Made by a program: the position numbers and the translations under genes. From the NCBI GenBank assembly GCA_030390025.1, contig CM059432.1, positions 77,564,001-77,628,000 of the forward strand: a stretch of 64,000 nucleotides of DNA. The letters run 5' to 3'. The notes under the pieces were generated by a model. That model ran no database searches, was not told the origin of the DNA, and was given only the letters and a program-made list of their open reading frames with translations. Every line of letters starts with the position of its first letter. The stretch's first letter is position 1. Origin of the DNA: Squalus acanthias. Taxonomy: Eukaryota. Of this stretch, positions 26,026-37,989 are shown one piece after another.

Positions 26026-26658
26026 GGCCTAGAAGATCACGGAATTTTGAGTGGAAGTGAGTTACGCGCACAAGTGCAATACGCCCAAATCTCCTCGATC
26101 CCTCCGCCCGAACGCATCTCCACCCATAAAATTGGCCCCACCCCCAGATTACAGATCCTCATACACGTGTTTCCTGCAATTGAGTTGCTCAGAGGCTCTC
26201 TTAAAATTACAACCTGTTTCTCAGGTGCGGCAGGAAACAGTCATTTTTCTGGTGTTTTATTACAATTTTTCACACTTTTTAAAAATTTATCCTCACTGAG
26301 ACTTGCACTGTATTCTCTGTTTCTTTTCATGCATTTCTAATGGCATAAGTATAAGGAACAATAAAAATTGAAAAGCTTCCCCAATTGCAGGTCCATAAAC
26401 ATGTTGTACATAAATGATAGTGCGATTAGTTGAAACTTTAATTTTCATTCTTAAAGAAGAGAAATATATGGTGTGAGTTTGGCGCTTTCCTTGGGCCCCG
26501 GTTGTTGACACTGACTTGTGCCCATTTTACGTTCGGGCATATTCTAATGAGATTTGCAGGAAATTTGAGAGTAACTTGACATCGGCAGAAGGGGCGGGGA
26601 AATGGGCGCATTTTCAGATCTAACTTCCAGCTTGCACCCACAGGTGAAATTCCAGGCC
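26026..26658. mobile_element. Old Harbinger-type MITE
   Basis: GGCCTAGAA ... GAAATTCCAGGCC termini; internal similarity to 33925-34355. Confidence 0.45.
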
Positions 26659-27203
26659 ACCATGTATAATTCAGGTAGGTTTAGACATTAAGGGGTAAAA
26701 ATTCACTTGGTTGCGCCTCCCGTTAGCGCCTTAAGAGGGCGCTAATGGGGCATTAAGCCGCTAACGCCCGGGCGCAGCGATGTTTGCGCCGCTCGAGAAC
26801 TTAACTTGAGATTGTGCGGCGGCGCTAAAACTTACCGCTGCGACCACCTGCGCGCGCAGATTATGACGTCATTCCATGGTGCAACGCCCTTGGGGCGCCC
26901 CGGAGCGGAAATTGAGTGGCGCCCCCTGCCTTACCGCCTGGCGCTTCCAACGACCGGAAGACTGGAACGCTATCAATCGGTGTGGGGCTGGGGGGGGGCG
27001 CTATTTAAAGGGGGCCTCTTCCTGTCTTTTTCTGTGGTCGACATTTATGCACCACTCGTTCTGAGAGAGAGAGAGAGATTCGGAGAGAGAGAGAGAGAGA
27101 CTTCTACATTGACTCAACGCTTTGTGAGGTAGTTTTGCCTATTCATCCTAACTTTGTTGCTACTTTAGTTGCTGTACCTCATTACTTTTCTGGCAAAGAG
27201 AAT

Positions 27204-28364
27204 ATGGGGGCTGCAATGATTGGGGGCGTCGTCCTGCTCCAGCTGAATCGGAGGATACAGAGACGCAGACAGAGAGTGGCAATGATGGCCAGACGGAGGA
27301 GGGCCATCAGGCGCATGTACAGGAGAGCTTACCCTCCCAGGGTATATCGTGAACAGCTCTCCTACATCCATATGTCCGAGGAGCTGTGTTTGCGAAGGCT
27401 GCGATTCAGCAAGGAGGTGGTCACTGAGCTCTGCCACCTGCTGCAGCCAGATCTGCAGCCTCAGCTGAGGTCCAGGACGTCTCTGTCGGTGGCAGTGAAG
27501 GTCACAGTGGCTTTGAACTTCTACGCCACTGGCTCATTCCAAGCTGCTGTTGGGGACCTCGCCAATATCTCCCAGTTTGCGGTGCATCGCTGCATCCGGC
27601 AGGTCACCAATGCCCTCTTCAGAAGGAGACGAGACTTCATCTCTTTCCCTATGACCCCAGACAAGCAGCGTGACCGTGCTCTGGGCTTTGCGAGGGTAGC
27701 GGGCTTCCCCATGGTGCAGGGCGCCATTGACTGCACGCATGTGGCTTTGCGTGCTCCGCGAGAGAATGCAGAGGAATTCAGGAACAGAAAGGGGTTCCAT
27801 TCCTTGAATGTGCAGTTGGTCTGTGACCACAGACAGGTGATACTCGCTGTCAATGCCCACTATCCGGGCAGCTGCCACGATGCTTTCATCCTGCGCCAGA
27901 CTACTGTGGCAGAAGTTTTCGAGGCACCGCATCAGCCAGTTGGTTGGCTTCTCGGGGACAAGGGGTACGCATTGAGCACCTGGCTGATGACACCGCTCCG
28001 TACGCCAAACACCCCTGCTGAGCTGCGGTACAATGAAAGCCATCAAGCAACCAGGAACATTATTGAGCGCACAATCGGCGTGCTGAAACAACGGTTCCGC
28101 TGTCTGGACCATTCCGGAGGAGCCCTGCAGTACTCGCCTGAGCAAGTTTCGAACTTCGTAGTCATGTGCTGCATGTTGCACAACATGGCAATCCTCAGGA
28201 CCCAGCCAATGCCACCAGGCCTTGTAGCACCACCAGAGGAGGAGGAGGAAGAGGAGGAAGAGGACGAGGACGATGATCATCAGCAGCACCAAGGCGGGAG
28301 GGCGGCCCACAATGGTCAAACTGCAAGGGCCGTCCGTCAACGACTAATAGCAAGCCGCTTCTAG
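27204..28364 (+). CDS. Harbinger (HARBI1-like) DDE transposase, intact, 386 aa
   Basis: Uninterrupted ORF from ATG 27204. N-terminal HTH-type region VAVKVTVALNFYATGSFQ; catalytic motifs [50 protein letters not shown]; acidic C-terminal tract. TATA-like TATTTAAA at ~27002. Confidence 0.95.
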   Translation: MGAAMIGGVVLLQLNRRIQRRRQRVAMMARRRRAIRRMYRRAYPPRVYREQLSYIHMSEELCLRRLRFSKEVVTELCHLLQPDLQPQLRSRTSLSVAVKVTVALNFYATGSFQAAVGDLANISQFAVHRCIRQVTNALFRRRRDFISFPMTPDKQRDRALGFARVAGFPMVQGAIDCTHVALRAPRENAEEFRNRKGFHSLNVQLVCDHRQVILAVNAHYPGSCHDAFILRQTTVAEVFEAPHQPVGWLLGDKGYALSTWLMTPLRTPNTPAELRYNESHQATRNIIERTIGVLKQRFRCLDHSGGALQYSPEQVSNFVVMCCMLHNMAILRTQPMPPGLVAPPEEEEEEEEEDEDDDHQQHQGGRAAHNGQTARAVRQRLIASRF

Positions 28365-28658
28365 GGCCCCTGCCATTGCTACAAACATTAATCAACCCAG
28401 CACGCAACCCCTAAGCCGGCCAAGGCACCAATAATTCCAACCACCAGCCATGTATATTTTGAATACAGAAACTTATTTATTTTACAAACTCTGTGTGTGT
28501 CAATTCCTCATGACAAACTCATAGAAATAAACACAAAAAAACAGTCAATAACATAACTGGTTCTCACAACCTGGAGATAATGTCCAAAACACTAAACAAA
28601 AGTTGGACCATGAACCTCGGCCTTTAATAAAAAAATGACCAGCATTTTGTCACACCTC

Positions 28659-30482
28659 CTACTTTTTGCCCTTCGAGGGTGATCTCCTTCCCTTGCGCAC
28701 TTCCCCCCTTCTAACCCTACTGCTCCTCCGTAATGGGACCTCAGTGGCTGCAGCAAGGCTGGTGGAAGGCTGCTGCTCGTCAGACCCTGACACTGCAGAT
28801 GCCCCTGAAGGACGGCCTCGACCACTTCTGGGCCTGGAGGGCCCGGTTGCAGACTGCACCAACTCTGCATGGGCGGCAGCAGTCTGTCCTACAGGCGGTG
28901 GCAAGTGCAGTGGAGAAGTGACAGTGTTGGCAGCAGGAATGCTGTCATCGTGCGAGAGGACAGCAACTCCCTGCTCGCCCGACACACTGGCACTCCCACG
29001 GGGCAGCACTTCAGCATCCGGAGCAATCTGCCGGAGAACAGATTGCTGGCCTGCTGCGGCGCGGTGACAGCCCCGGGGACATGTGCACGAACCATCGAGG
29101 TTGGCAGCAGTCTGTGCTCGCGTGGCCTCCATCTGAGTCTGTATGAGAGCAGTCAGAGGTGGGATCACGGCAGCCAGTGACTGAATTGCAGCACTAAGCG
29201 TTAGTGTGGCATCCGCCTGTGCTACAGCGAAGTGCTCCACACTCCTTGCCAGTGACTCAATGCATTCGGGCACCCTTCCCACTGCACCCATGAGCTCAGT
29301 GTGCATGCACACCGCCTGGGTGTTCATTTCTGCAATCAGCCGCTCCTCCTCTGCGTCCATTGCAGTAGGAGTGTCTGGCATACTCTGCCTCTGGGGAGAA
29401 GGCCCCCGTTCTTCCCTACCCCCCGCCATGGCGTTGCTGCAGCCCGCTGGGTCCTGGAGCTTCACCATCATCAGCCCCTTCCCCCCTGCTCCCCTCTGGG
29501 GAAGGCGTGTTCCCAGTGTGGGCATGGGCTTCCTCGGGAGAGGGTGGCACTGATACTCTGGCTTCCTCTTCCTCCTCAGCTGCAGCATCACTCCCATTGG
29601 CAGCTTCAGGGCCCGTCTCCTCAGCTGGTGAATCACCATCTGAAAGCAGGGAGGTACAAGAGTGGCTTTAGCGTGAGGACAGGGTGGCAGTAAGGGAGGA
29701 ATAAGTGCAGCGAGTTAGCAAGTTGTATTGAAAGTGTCAAAGGCTGGTGTTGTGAGGGACAAGTGGAAGGACAGAGGACAAAAAGGTGATGACCTTACCA
29801 TTGCTGTCCACAACGGGGTCGGCGTCTCCAGTGGCGACGGGACCGATCACCCGGCTTGCCACAATCCTGTGGACGCGCTCCTCAAGATCGCTGAGGGGTT
29901 GCAGCTGAGGCCACCCTCCACCTGTCCGTTGCTGCTGTCTCCGATTATGCGCCAGCTTGGCCTGCAAGAAAAAGGACAGCATCTGAGTAAATATACAGCC
30001 ATGGTCTTGCCTGATGTGCCTCCCATAGGTGAATAGCCCTTACTGTATACAGCCATGGTCTTGCCTGATGTGCCTCCCATAGGTGAATAGCCCTTACTGT
30101 ATGCAAAGTGTGGAATGTGTGTGTGTGTTTGATGAAAGGGCCATAGGTGTTGGATGAGTGTTGTGCATTGTGGTTTTAAGACCCTCTGGCCATAGAGTGA
30201 GGTTGAGATGGAGGGATGGAGAGGTATTGAGAAAAAGCCACTCACCCTGACGACCCAAGTGAGGTCGTTGAACTTTTTGCGGCATTGAGTATGGGTCCTG
30301 GGCACCATGCTCCTGGAGGAGACGCTCTGAGCCACCTCCCTCCACACTCTTCTGAACTCGCGTGGCAAAGGCCTCCTGCCACTCTCAGGGAACAGCATAC
30401 ATCGTCTGCGCTCCACTGCGCCAACCAGAGCATCCAAGGCCCGCTCGATGAAGCGATGAGCGCGTTCTCTCACCCTCTCCAT
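28659..30482 (-). pseudogene. Harbinger Myb/SANT-like DNA-binding protein, 3 exons (30482-30246, 29961-29799, 29639-28659), one +1 frameshift
   Basis: Exon 1 MERVRERAHRF...W REVAQSVS...QCRKKFNDL (Myb/SANT-like); GT-AG introns of phase 0 and 1. The spliced frame hits TAG at 29416-29418 just after a 6-G run; removing one G restores the long downstream ORF. Confidence 0.85.
29992..30099 (+). repeat. Perfect 54-bp tandem duplication in Myb intron 1
   Basis: tatacagccatggtcttgcctgatgtgcctcccataggtgaatagcccttactg occurs at 29992 and 30046. Confidence 0.95.
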
Positions 30483-30990
30483 GCTTGGCAGCAAAATGGA
30501 TTCACAGGTCTCTCCAGGCTGAGATTCAAGGCTGCAATGAGCAGGGTGTGGCTGGGGAGCAAGTGGCCCCCCCCGCTTTAAGAAGTGTCCGGCGCCAGTG
30601 TGTCTGTGTTCCCTCGCTAACTGGCAGCAGCTGCGCTGCGCTCGCGCGCTGAGTTAGCGCCTCACTCCTTGGCCTTTGCGCCTTAAGACAGGTGTGCAGC
30701 GCCTGCTTTAGCGCTCCACTCACCTCCCGGGGCGGTAAAAGTGAAGTTTCCTGTCAGTGCCGATAATTAGCGCCAGGCGCTAATATTTGCGTCCGGACGA
30801 TATTTGCGCCCCAAATGGGGCGCGACCTAATTTCTACCCCTAAATATTTTGATGACCTAACTTTCTTATTATTGCATATGCTTTAATACATTGTTTATCA
30901 CAGTCCCCCAGTGGCTCAGTGAGTAAATGAATATTCCCGTGTGGTGCTAAATATAAAGACTAGGAAGGTCCTAGATTCGATCCTTGATCT

Positions 30991-31196
30991 CCATCCTATC
31001 ACAGACCTGTCCCTTTGTTCTTTCCTCCCCCACATCCCCCTTTTTTCCTGGGTCTGCACTTGCTTAAAAACTGTTAAATCTCTAACTTCATCCAGTTCTG
31101 ATGAAAAGTCATCAGCCTGAAACGTTAACTCGGTTCCTTCCCTCCACAGATGCTGCCTGACCTGCTGGGTATTTCCAGCATTTTTTGTTCTTATTT
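30991..31196 (+). mobile_element. Penelope-type terminal fragment with hammerhead core
   Basis: Homologous to 4107-4310; 8-bp TSD CTTGATCT (30983-30990, 31197-31204). Confidence 0.85.
31094..31130 (+). ncRNA. Minimal hammerhead ribozyme motif (stem II degenerate)
   Basis: AGTT-CTGATGA-aaagtcatcagcct-GAAA-CG-TT-AACT. Confidence 0.6.
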
Positions 31197-31653
31197 CTTG
31201 ATCTGGACCGAGTTACCTTATCTCAGTTGAGGTGGTGCTTGGATTAGGAAGAAGAATAATCAGACAGGGTTCCTGCCCCTACTCCTGCAAAATGTGCATG
31301 TGAGGAGAAAATCAATCTTGGTTCTAGTCTATTAATATTTGCTGTCCACATGTGAAGAATGGCTAGTTAGACAAAGATACCAGAGAGCTGGTGCTGCTTG
31401 CCAAATTGTACCCCAGCATGAGCCAGTGCCCATATAAGAGGATGGGAGAATTAACGAAAATACACTTTAAAACAGAAAATTCAGGAAAAATATTGTGTGG
31501 TAGAATTTTATCTGTACCAACAGGGCATAAAGTATCGCCTGAGCAGAATGTAAAGAGGAAACTAGGGCAGGGAGGATCGCATGCCTATAACAACCATGCC
31601 TGGTTTTTCTTCCCTTTAAATTGATGGAAAGATACCTTACGGCCAGGCAATAC

Positions 31654-32166
31654 AGACCACACCTGGAGTACTGTGTTCAGTTCTGGGAATCAACCTTAGG
31701 AAGGATATATTGGCCTTGGAGAGAGTGCAGCGTAGATTTACCAGAAGGATACCTGGAGTTCAAGGATTAAATTATGAAGAGAGATTACACAAACTAGGGT
31801 TGTATTCCCTGGAATTTAGAAGGTTAAATGTTGATTTGATCGAAGTTTTCAAGATATTAAGGGGAACTGACAGGGTAGGTAGAGAGAAACTATTTCCTCT
31901 GGTTGGGGATTGTAGGACTAGCGGGCATAGTCTTAAAATTAGAGCCAGACCTTTCAGGAGTAAAGTTAGGAAACACTTCTACACACAAAGGGTGGTAGAA
32001 GTTTGGAACTCTCTTTCACAAATGCTAGGTCAATTGTTAATTTTAAATCTGAGATTGATAGATTTTTGTTAACCAAAGGTATTAAGGGATATGGGGCAAA
32101 GGTGGGAATATGGAGTTAGGTCACAGATCAGCCATGATCTCATTGAATGGTGGAACAGGCTCGAGC
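31654..32166 (+). mobile_element. CR1 LINE 3' fragment
   Basis: ALERVQRRFTR...LGLYSLEFRRL...HFYTQRVVEVWNSL. Confidence 0.9.
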
Positions 32167-32181
32167 ACTTGTTTGTACATC

Positions 32182-32334
32182 GCTGGGAACTTCCTCGGAG
32201 GTTCTCCCAATCGGGTGTCACAACTTCATCGGAAAATCGGCGGAAACCCCAGATAGACTTGTAAGCAAAATTTCCAACAATCTTGCGCTGAAGTTTAGCG
32301 GCAATTCGGGAGAGCCTCCGAGGAAATTCCTAGC
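32182..32334. mobile_element. Short hairpin MITE
   Basis: ~30-bp imperfect TIR GCTGGGAACTTCCTCGGAGGTTCTCCC / GCTAGGAATTTCCTCGGAGGCTCTCCC (rc). Confidence 0.65.
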
Positions 32335-32371
32335 ATTTGTGTTTTTAAAAAAAAGGGTTGAGTTTGTTTTT

Positions 32372-32670
32372 AATTCATTCACGGGATGTGGCTGTCGTTG
32401 GCAAGGCCAGTATGTATTTCCCATCCCTAATTAAACTTGAGAAGGTGGTGGTGAGCCGCCTTCTTAAACCACTGCAGTCCGTGTGGTGAAGGTACTCCCA
32501 CAATGCTGTTAGGGAGGGAGTTCCAGGATTTTGACCCAGCGACGATGAAGGATCGGCGATATACTTCCAAGTCAGGATGGTGTGTGACTTGGAGGGGACC
32601 TTGGAGGTGGTGGTGTTCCCATGCGCCTGCTGCCCTTGTCCTTCTAGGTGGTAGAGGTCGCGGGTTTAGG
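32372..32670 (-). mobile_element. CR1-superfamily LINE (family 2) 3' fragment
   Basis: RRSFIVAGSKSWNSLPN...FKKAAHHHLLK; closely similar to 39975-40270 and 43283-43633. Confidence 0.85.
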
Positions 32671-33474
32671 AAAGGAGAAAAGAGCAAGTGTCGCAACAGT
32701 GCCTGTGATCTGACTGATTTTTCTTTTAGCTTCTGTTGTCTGTTGATTTTTGCTTACTGCGTCTTGAAAAATGTGTGAACTATTATTTTGCAGCAAACAG
32801 CACAGCATTTTCATTCTCAAAGATAGCTCTTAGTGTTGACTATTCAAGTAGGTTTGCTAGCTTAGCATCTCATCTCGCTCCCAGTGGCCTTGATTGCATG
32901 GCTCAAATCAGTTCCTTATTTGGCTGTCTCAGATCTAACAGGTCCAGCTGGAAAGTGCAGTGAATTAAAATGTGGTGTGATGCAGCAGAAGGTGCTCTTG
33001 TGAGTTTAGGATTCTGGCTCCAATACCAGAGCCCTGCAGGGTGGCATGGGGGTTCTTTACAATGTCTGTTAGTTCATAAAATGTAGTCATTTACCTCCAA
33101 TATTACTCATTTCTGCAAATGAAGAGTTTCATATTCCAGCAAAACTCTGGAGCTCAAATGTGGCAACGTTACTATATGATGCTGAAAACTATTTCAAAAA
33201 ATCTTAGGCTCTTTCAGATTGTACTGTTTAGCTGCTGACAGTTTTATTGGAGGGGAAGGAGAATGGAAGCTTTTTACTTTTTACAGACAGTGCCAGTGCC
33301 AGTATTCCTGGAACAGCACTCTATATTGCATCTACATAACATTTCCATTTTTCTCATCATCCACCTTTGTGGCTTTTAAGAATAAGACCACCAGCTTTGT
33401 ACCAATTAGTGCCAAATGATTAGTTTTATGCCATGGACCGATGCCTATTAGGAACTGTCGAGATTCAACAACAA

Positions 33475-33890
33475 CAACATTTCTATAGTGCTCCTTACAT
33501 GTCGGATGACATCCCAAAGTGCTTTACAAAGAGAAGCAAAAACTGAGCAAAGGACAAAAAAGGGAAAGCATAAAGAATTAGGATGGAGGAGGGTGAAAGC
33601 AAAATTGAAAAGAAGGTTTTGGGAGGTTTTTTGAAAGAAAAGGGAAGGTACCAAGGCAGAAGGACCTAGGCAGCAAGTCCCAGAGGGCAGGGGGTAATGT
33701 CTAAAACAATGGCCACTAATGGTAGAGTCAGCTGGGAACAAGGGGCAGCTCACTATCAGAGGAGTAGAGGGTGTATGGGGGATGTTTGGCTCAAGGTGAT
33801 TGCAAAGATAGAGTGGGGCAGGGCCCATGGAGAAATTTGTAGCCAAGGGAAAGTATCTTGAAGTCATTTTGCTGGAGCAGTCATCACACA
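33475..33890 (-). mobile_element. Old L2-like LINE 3' end
   Basis: Minus-strand tail resembling L2 (tgtaaagcactttggga...cactatagaaatgttgttgttg). Confidence 0.5.
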
Positions 33891-34357
33891 GATCCAGCTT
33901 TAATCTCATCAGCTTGTACTGGCATCGACCCGGAATTTCCAGGAAAGTTTCGGGTTAACTACAGCACAAAAGCAGAGTATCACTATTTTTTCCCGAGGAA
34001 TTTCATGTGTAACTGTTTTACGGCAGAACTTTGCTACACGTGAATTTCCTCAATCATTTGCGCTGTTCCCGCGTTACGTTTGCCATAACTGCTCTTCGCT
34101 CATTAACATAGCTCCATCCCCATGCAAAAGACCAGAAAATGCAAGTTTCCTGCATTTACTCCCCAAATGTTAGGCACAGCAGGACTCAAAGTGAATACTT
34201 CTGGGGTCTTATAGTGATTTATTTACCAATTTTTAAAATTTCTCTTTACTGAGATCTGCACTGCATTTTCTATATCTGTGAATGCATTTTTATATCATCA
34301 GAACCTCTTAAATTATAAAGGGAAAAGCTTCCACAAATGCATTTTGTTAAACATGCT

Positions 34358-34904
34358 GGCCTAGAAATTCAATCGCACCCGAAAACATTTCAGGTGCTGA
34401 AAATGTGGATGCCCCCACTCCCACTTCAGTGAGAGGAGGCCAGCCTTCCTGAAGATGCACCGTCACTCAATCTGACCCTAGTAAGCAACAGCTCAGAGAT
34501 TGACATCACGTGTACTTTAGAGGGTAGGTTGGAGGAGGGGCGTTCATGTGGTGAATCATTGGCCACAAATGTGCATTAGGTAGGGGATAGGATGCCACTG
34601 GTGCAAGCTCGCATGAGGGAGATCATATACAAGCTCTGCTGTGGACGACTCAGCTTCAAACTTCAAGGGCCCAGGCTACCAAAGAAGGCATACACCAGGA
34701 AATGCTTGGTGCACTGGGCAACCTGCCAGTGAGCTTGCACGCAATGGCTCAGAGCATGGAGGAGTCCGGCCGGGGCTTTGCGCAGAGCATGGAGACCATT
34801 CTGTTCAACATGGAGCAACTGGTCAGCTCCATAAACACAACAGTGGTGCCCACCATGATGGCGCCTCTGATGGCAGCTCTGACAGCTTCCATGGCAACTC
34901 AGAC
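34358..34904 (+). mobile_element. Harbinger left end with Myb-gene exon 3 remnant
   Basis: Terminus GGCCTAGAAATT; translation MLGALGNLPVSLHAMAQSMEES...MEQLVSSI resembles the MEES/MEQL segment of the other Myb proteins here. Confidence 0.55.
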
Positions 34905-35247
34905 GGTCGTAAGTGGTTTGTTTTCTGGAGGATTTTAATCAGTGGCCAGAACTCTTCAGTTTCCAAAACCCCTGAATACAAGCACATTTGTTTCTAACGA
35001 TTAGTTGGCCAGTCCAAGACATGGTCTTTGACATGAATCTGTCATTCACGACTTATGAAATAATACTGAGTGGCCTGCGGGTGGCGCTGTCCAGGGAGAG
35101 TATAAATACTCGGGCACGGGCCCAGCTTGCGCAGGACATTCTTAACAGGAACTAGTAAAGGACACAACGAGACCTCCGTGTTGTAAAACAGTTGATTAAA
35201 GCTTTGTTTAACGCTTAGACCAAGTGCCCAGTAGTTTTCTTACGTCA
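34905..35247 (+). mobile_element. Probable solo LTR
   Basis: Terminal inverted GGTCGTAAG...CTTACGTCA, TATAAATA at 35101, ATTAAA at ~35195; no clear TSD. Confidence 0.45.
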
Positions 35248-35710
35248 GTCTTTATAGGCAATTTGGATTTGATTGCCTGGTGCATTCCAGTGTAGCTAAA
35301 ATAATTTGTTACGCAGCTTCCGAACCAAAATGTGTCCAAATTCTATTGAGAACCCTTGTACAGCACCTAGAAATGTATGAACCAGAATAATGATAGTGTT
35401 CAGTTCAGAGTGTAAAGATTGTGGAGCACTGACTTCCAGAATCATATATTCACAGCTCTAATGGGAAGCTACAGAATCTTTACATCTATTAGAATTAATC
35501 CTACAAGATCCTACTGGAACATTCTAAATCCTGTAGGATCCTAGCATTGAAATTGCAAATCCTGAGGGATTTTATCATAAGGAAGTATATTTAGTGGATC
35601 TGAATTATATGAACAGCAATATTTATTGGTCCAGTGTTCATTTAAAATAAGTTACACATTCATCTCAAGAGCAAATCATTAAAATATTGTTTAAAGTAAG
35701 AAGAGATAGA

Positions 35711-35832
35711 GGGGGTGAAAGTTGACTTTGGTGGGAGCACAAAATGGGCAATAGCAAATTGGCAGCCCATTTTACACCCCACCCAATTTTCTTTTACATT
35801 TTGCGCTACTGCCAAAGTCAAATACCACCCCC
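35711..35832. mobile_element. Mini hairpin MITE
   Basis: GGGGGTGAAAGTTGACTTTGG ... CCAAAGTCAAATACCACCCCC inverted ends. Confidence 0.6.
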
Positions 35833-37989
35833 ATAAATTATGAATTACGTCAGGGTTCTGGGGGAAATGCCAGAAAAGTGTGGGAGGCATAGTGATGCTT
35901 GATGCTTTATGGCTCATCAGAGTATTTTCTAGTTGTGTTATATGTTAGATAATTGCCACAAAGATGAGAATTGAGTTAATACATGATGAGTCCAAAATGC
36001 ATTGATTCATTTTAATAAGTTCTACGTTTTATTCCCTCTTATCCATTGCAAACATTCAAGTGTAACCAATCAATGTGATGACCACACATTCACTCATGCA
36101 CCTTGACAGCTGAGTTTCCATGTGGCATAACTGATGTTTGCCTCAGGCATTTGGCTACCCATGCACGGGTGGGTTTTTACGTTCCAATACTTACTTGGAA
36201 TTTCATACATTGGCCTTTTAAACCAGCACTAACCCCTTTTCATTCTTTTGGGCTGTAACATAAAACCAGAGAATTAATATACACACACACACACACGTGA
36301 ACTTTTAAAACAATTAATAACCTTGTATGCTGTGTGCATGTGTGTATCATCACTCTTCGTACTATGCTTGTCTGATGCAGCACCGTCAATGGAAAGGAGC
36401 ATCCAGTACAACTGGAAAATAGTAAAGAAAAAATTCGACCACAAATCTCTTGACATACTTCAACCCTTAAGAATTCTTTGCTGGTTTTATGTTCAAATGC
36501 TGCAAAACAGCCTTTCTCAGCCTCATTTTAACTGGCCTGTCTCAAAGACATATCTATATATTATTAAAAATCTTGCGTAGGGTGTATGCGTCCTGTCTGC
36601 AAAACCTTACTTCCTGTTGTCATGATTTTAGGCCACGTTTTTGTGCCAACATTTACCATTGTAAATTGCTATGTCAACTCTCATAGAAGCTTAGCAATAT
36701 CTTAAAGGAGATAATCCAATTCTCTAAGTCAGATTGAAAATCTTACATAAGCTTTGGTGAAGTATTTCTTCCACAATCCATTTGACAGTTTGATTTTGTC
36801 TAAATTGTTTCGAAGTTCCTTTGAGTTTTGTGATGATACTGAAATAAATGTAAAAGATGCAACTCCTGTAGGCCCGTGAAATGGATTTATGTGAATATCT
36901 CTTTCGTTGTAACTTTCATGCATGTACAAATTCTCTCATATCATCGAATCAGCTTAGGTTTGCATTTAGAGATAAAATCAGAGATTGTAAAATTAATATG
37001 GCAAATGTATTTCTGTTTCATCTTTAAGGTCCCTTTTGTAATGCATTTGCACTCTTATGTTTTATGTTGAAGCACGTATTGCTTCTACAAGGTAATTTTA
37101 AAAACGAGTTGAGCCGTGACAAATAGGGACAGCTAGCCTAATTGAATCATTTGAGCCAAGGCAGCTCAACTAGGTTATCCTCACTGCAGCCCACATTGAT
37201 ATTACTGTGAGAAGCATTAAGCCATGAAATCGTGTCTGTTTTTGACTTCAGCGTTCTTGACATGGCAGTGAACACAGCCTGTCTTTCATTGTAACACCAG
37301 AGTTCTTTTAACTGCTACAAAAAGTTTCCCACAATAGTCACTTGAAAATGTTCTGATATATTGATCACTCCTGAATGTTCCATTGCAAAGTGCAGCATAT
37401 TTCCCCCTCCTCCAATTCTTTTGCTCAATTTCCTCCCCTTATCCCTCCTGTTATTCTTTTTGTCCTGAAGGCAGCAACTTGTACAGGAGAACAGTTCCAC
37501 AATAGTGACCCTTTGGCATCTCACCCAAGCTGGCAATTCTTTATTTTCCTGGGCAGTCAATGTTGGCAGGCGATTTGGTCTTACGGGACATTATAGTCAA
37601 ACCTAATCCTGTCCTCACCTGATATCTATACACATCCTTCCAGCAGGAGTCTCTGGATAGGAATTATAAATGGAATACCTGGCTGATTTTCCTCTTCCTA
37701 TCACATGGACACTAAGAAAGACTGTAGAATGCTGACTTCTGTTACAGATCTGGACAGCTACGTCTGATGTCACTTTAACCTGCCTGGTGGGAAACTGATG
37801 CGAACAAATCAGCCGCCCCTTTAACACCCGCCCGCAGGTTAGTTTAAAATGACATGGGATTTTAATTTGTAGAGTCTGAGTGATGTGGTGCATTTACACT
37901 CTGTCCCACCAGAGGACTTTTTTTAACTATTGATTTGGATAAACAATCCTTCAATTATATTGTATCCAATTTGTTTGTAAAACTTTTTT

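Larger units (their letters stand above)
26692..30840. mobile_element. Complete PIF/Harbinger DNA transposon (family 1, copy A, 4149 bp)
   Basis: TIRs GGGGTAAAAATT / GGGGTAGAAATT (rc), TAA TSD (26689-26691, 30841-30843), convergent transposase and Myb genes, CpG-rich. Confidence 0.97.
30903..31446 (+). mobile_element. Old tRNA-derived SINE (AmnSINE2-like), interrupted
   Basis: A-box-like GTGGCTCAGTGAG and B-box-like GATTCGATCC; body resembles the remembered AmnSINE2 consensus (TGAAGAATGGC...TGTACCCCAGCATGAG). Confidence 0.55.

Noticed and set aside
27534..28340. Long antisense ORFs over transposase and Myb genes (also 10109-10801, 28666-29067)
   Set aside because: Shadow ORFs of GC-rich coding strands with no recognisable motifs.
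27204..28364. Domesticated host gene HARBI1
   Set aside because: The ORF is intronless and lies between TIRs with a TSD next to a Myb partner, so it is a transposon gene.
30011..30045. Hammerhead-like CTGATGT-stem-GAAT in the duplicated intron segment
   Set aside because: Two invariant core positions differ, and no stem I or stem III can be formed.
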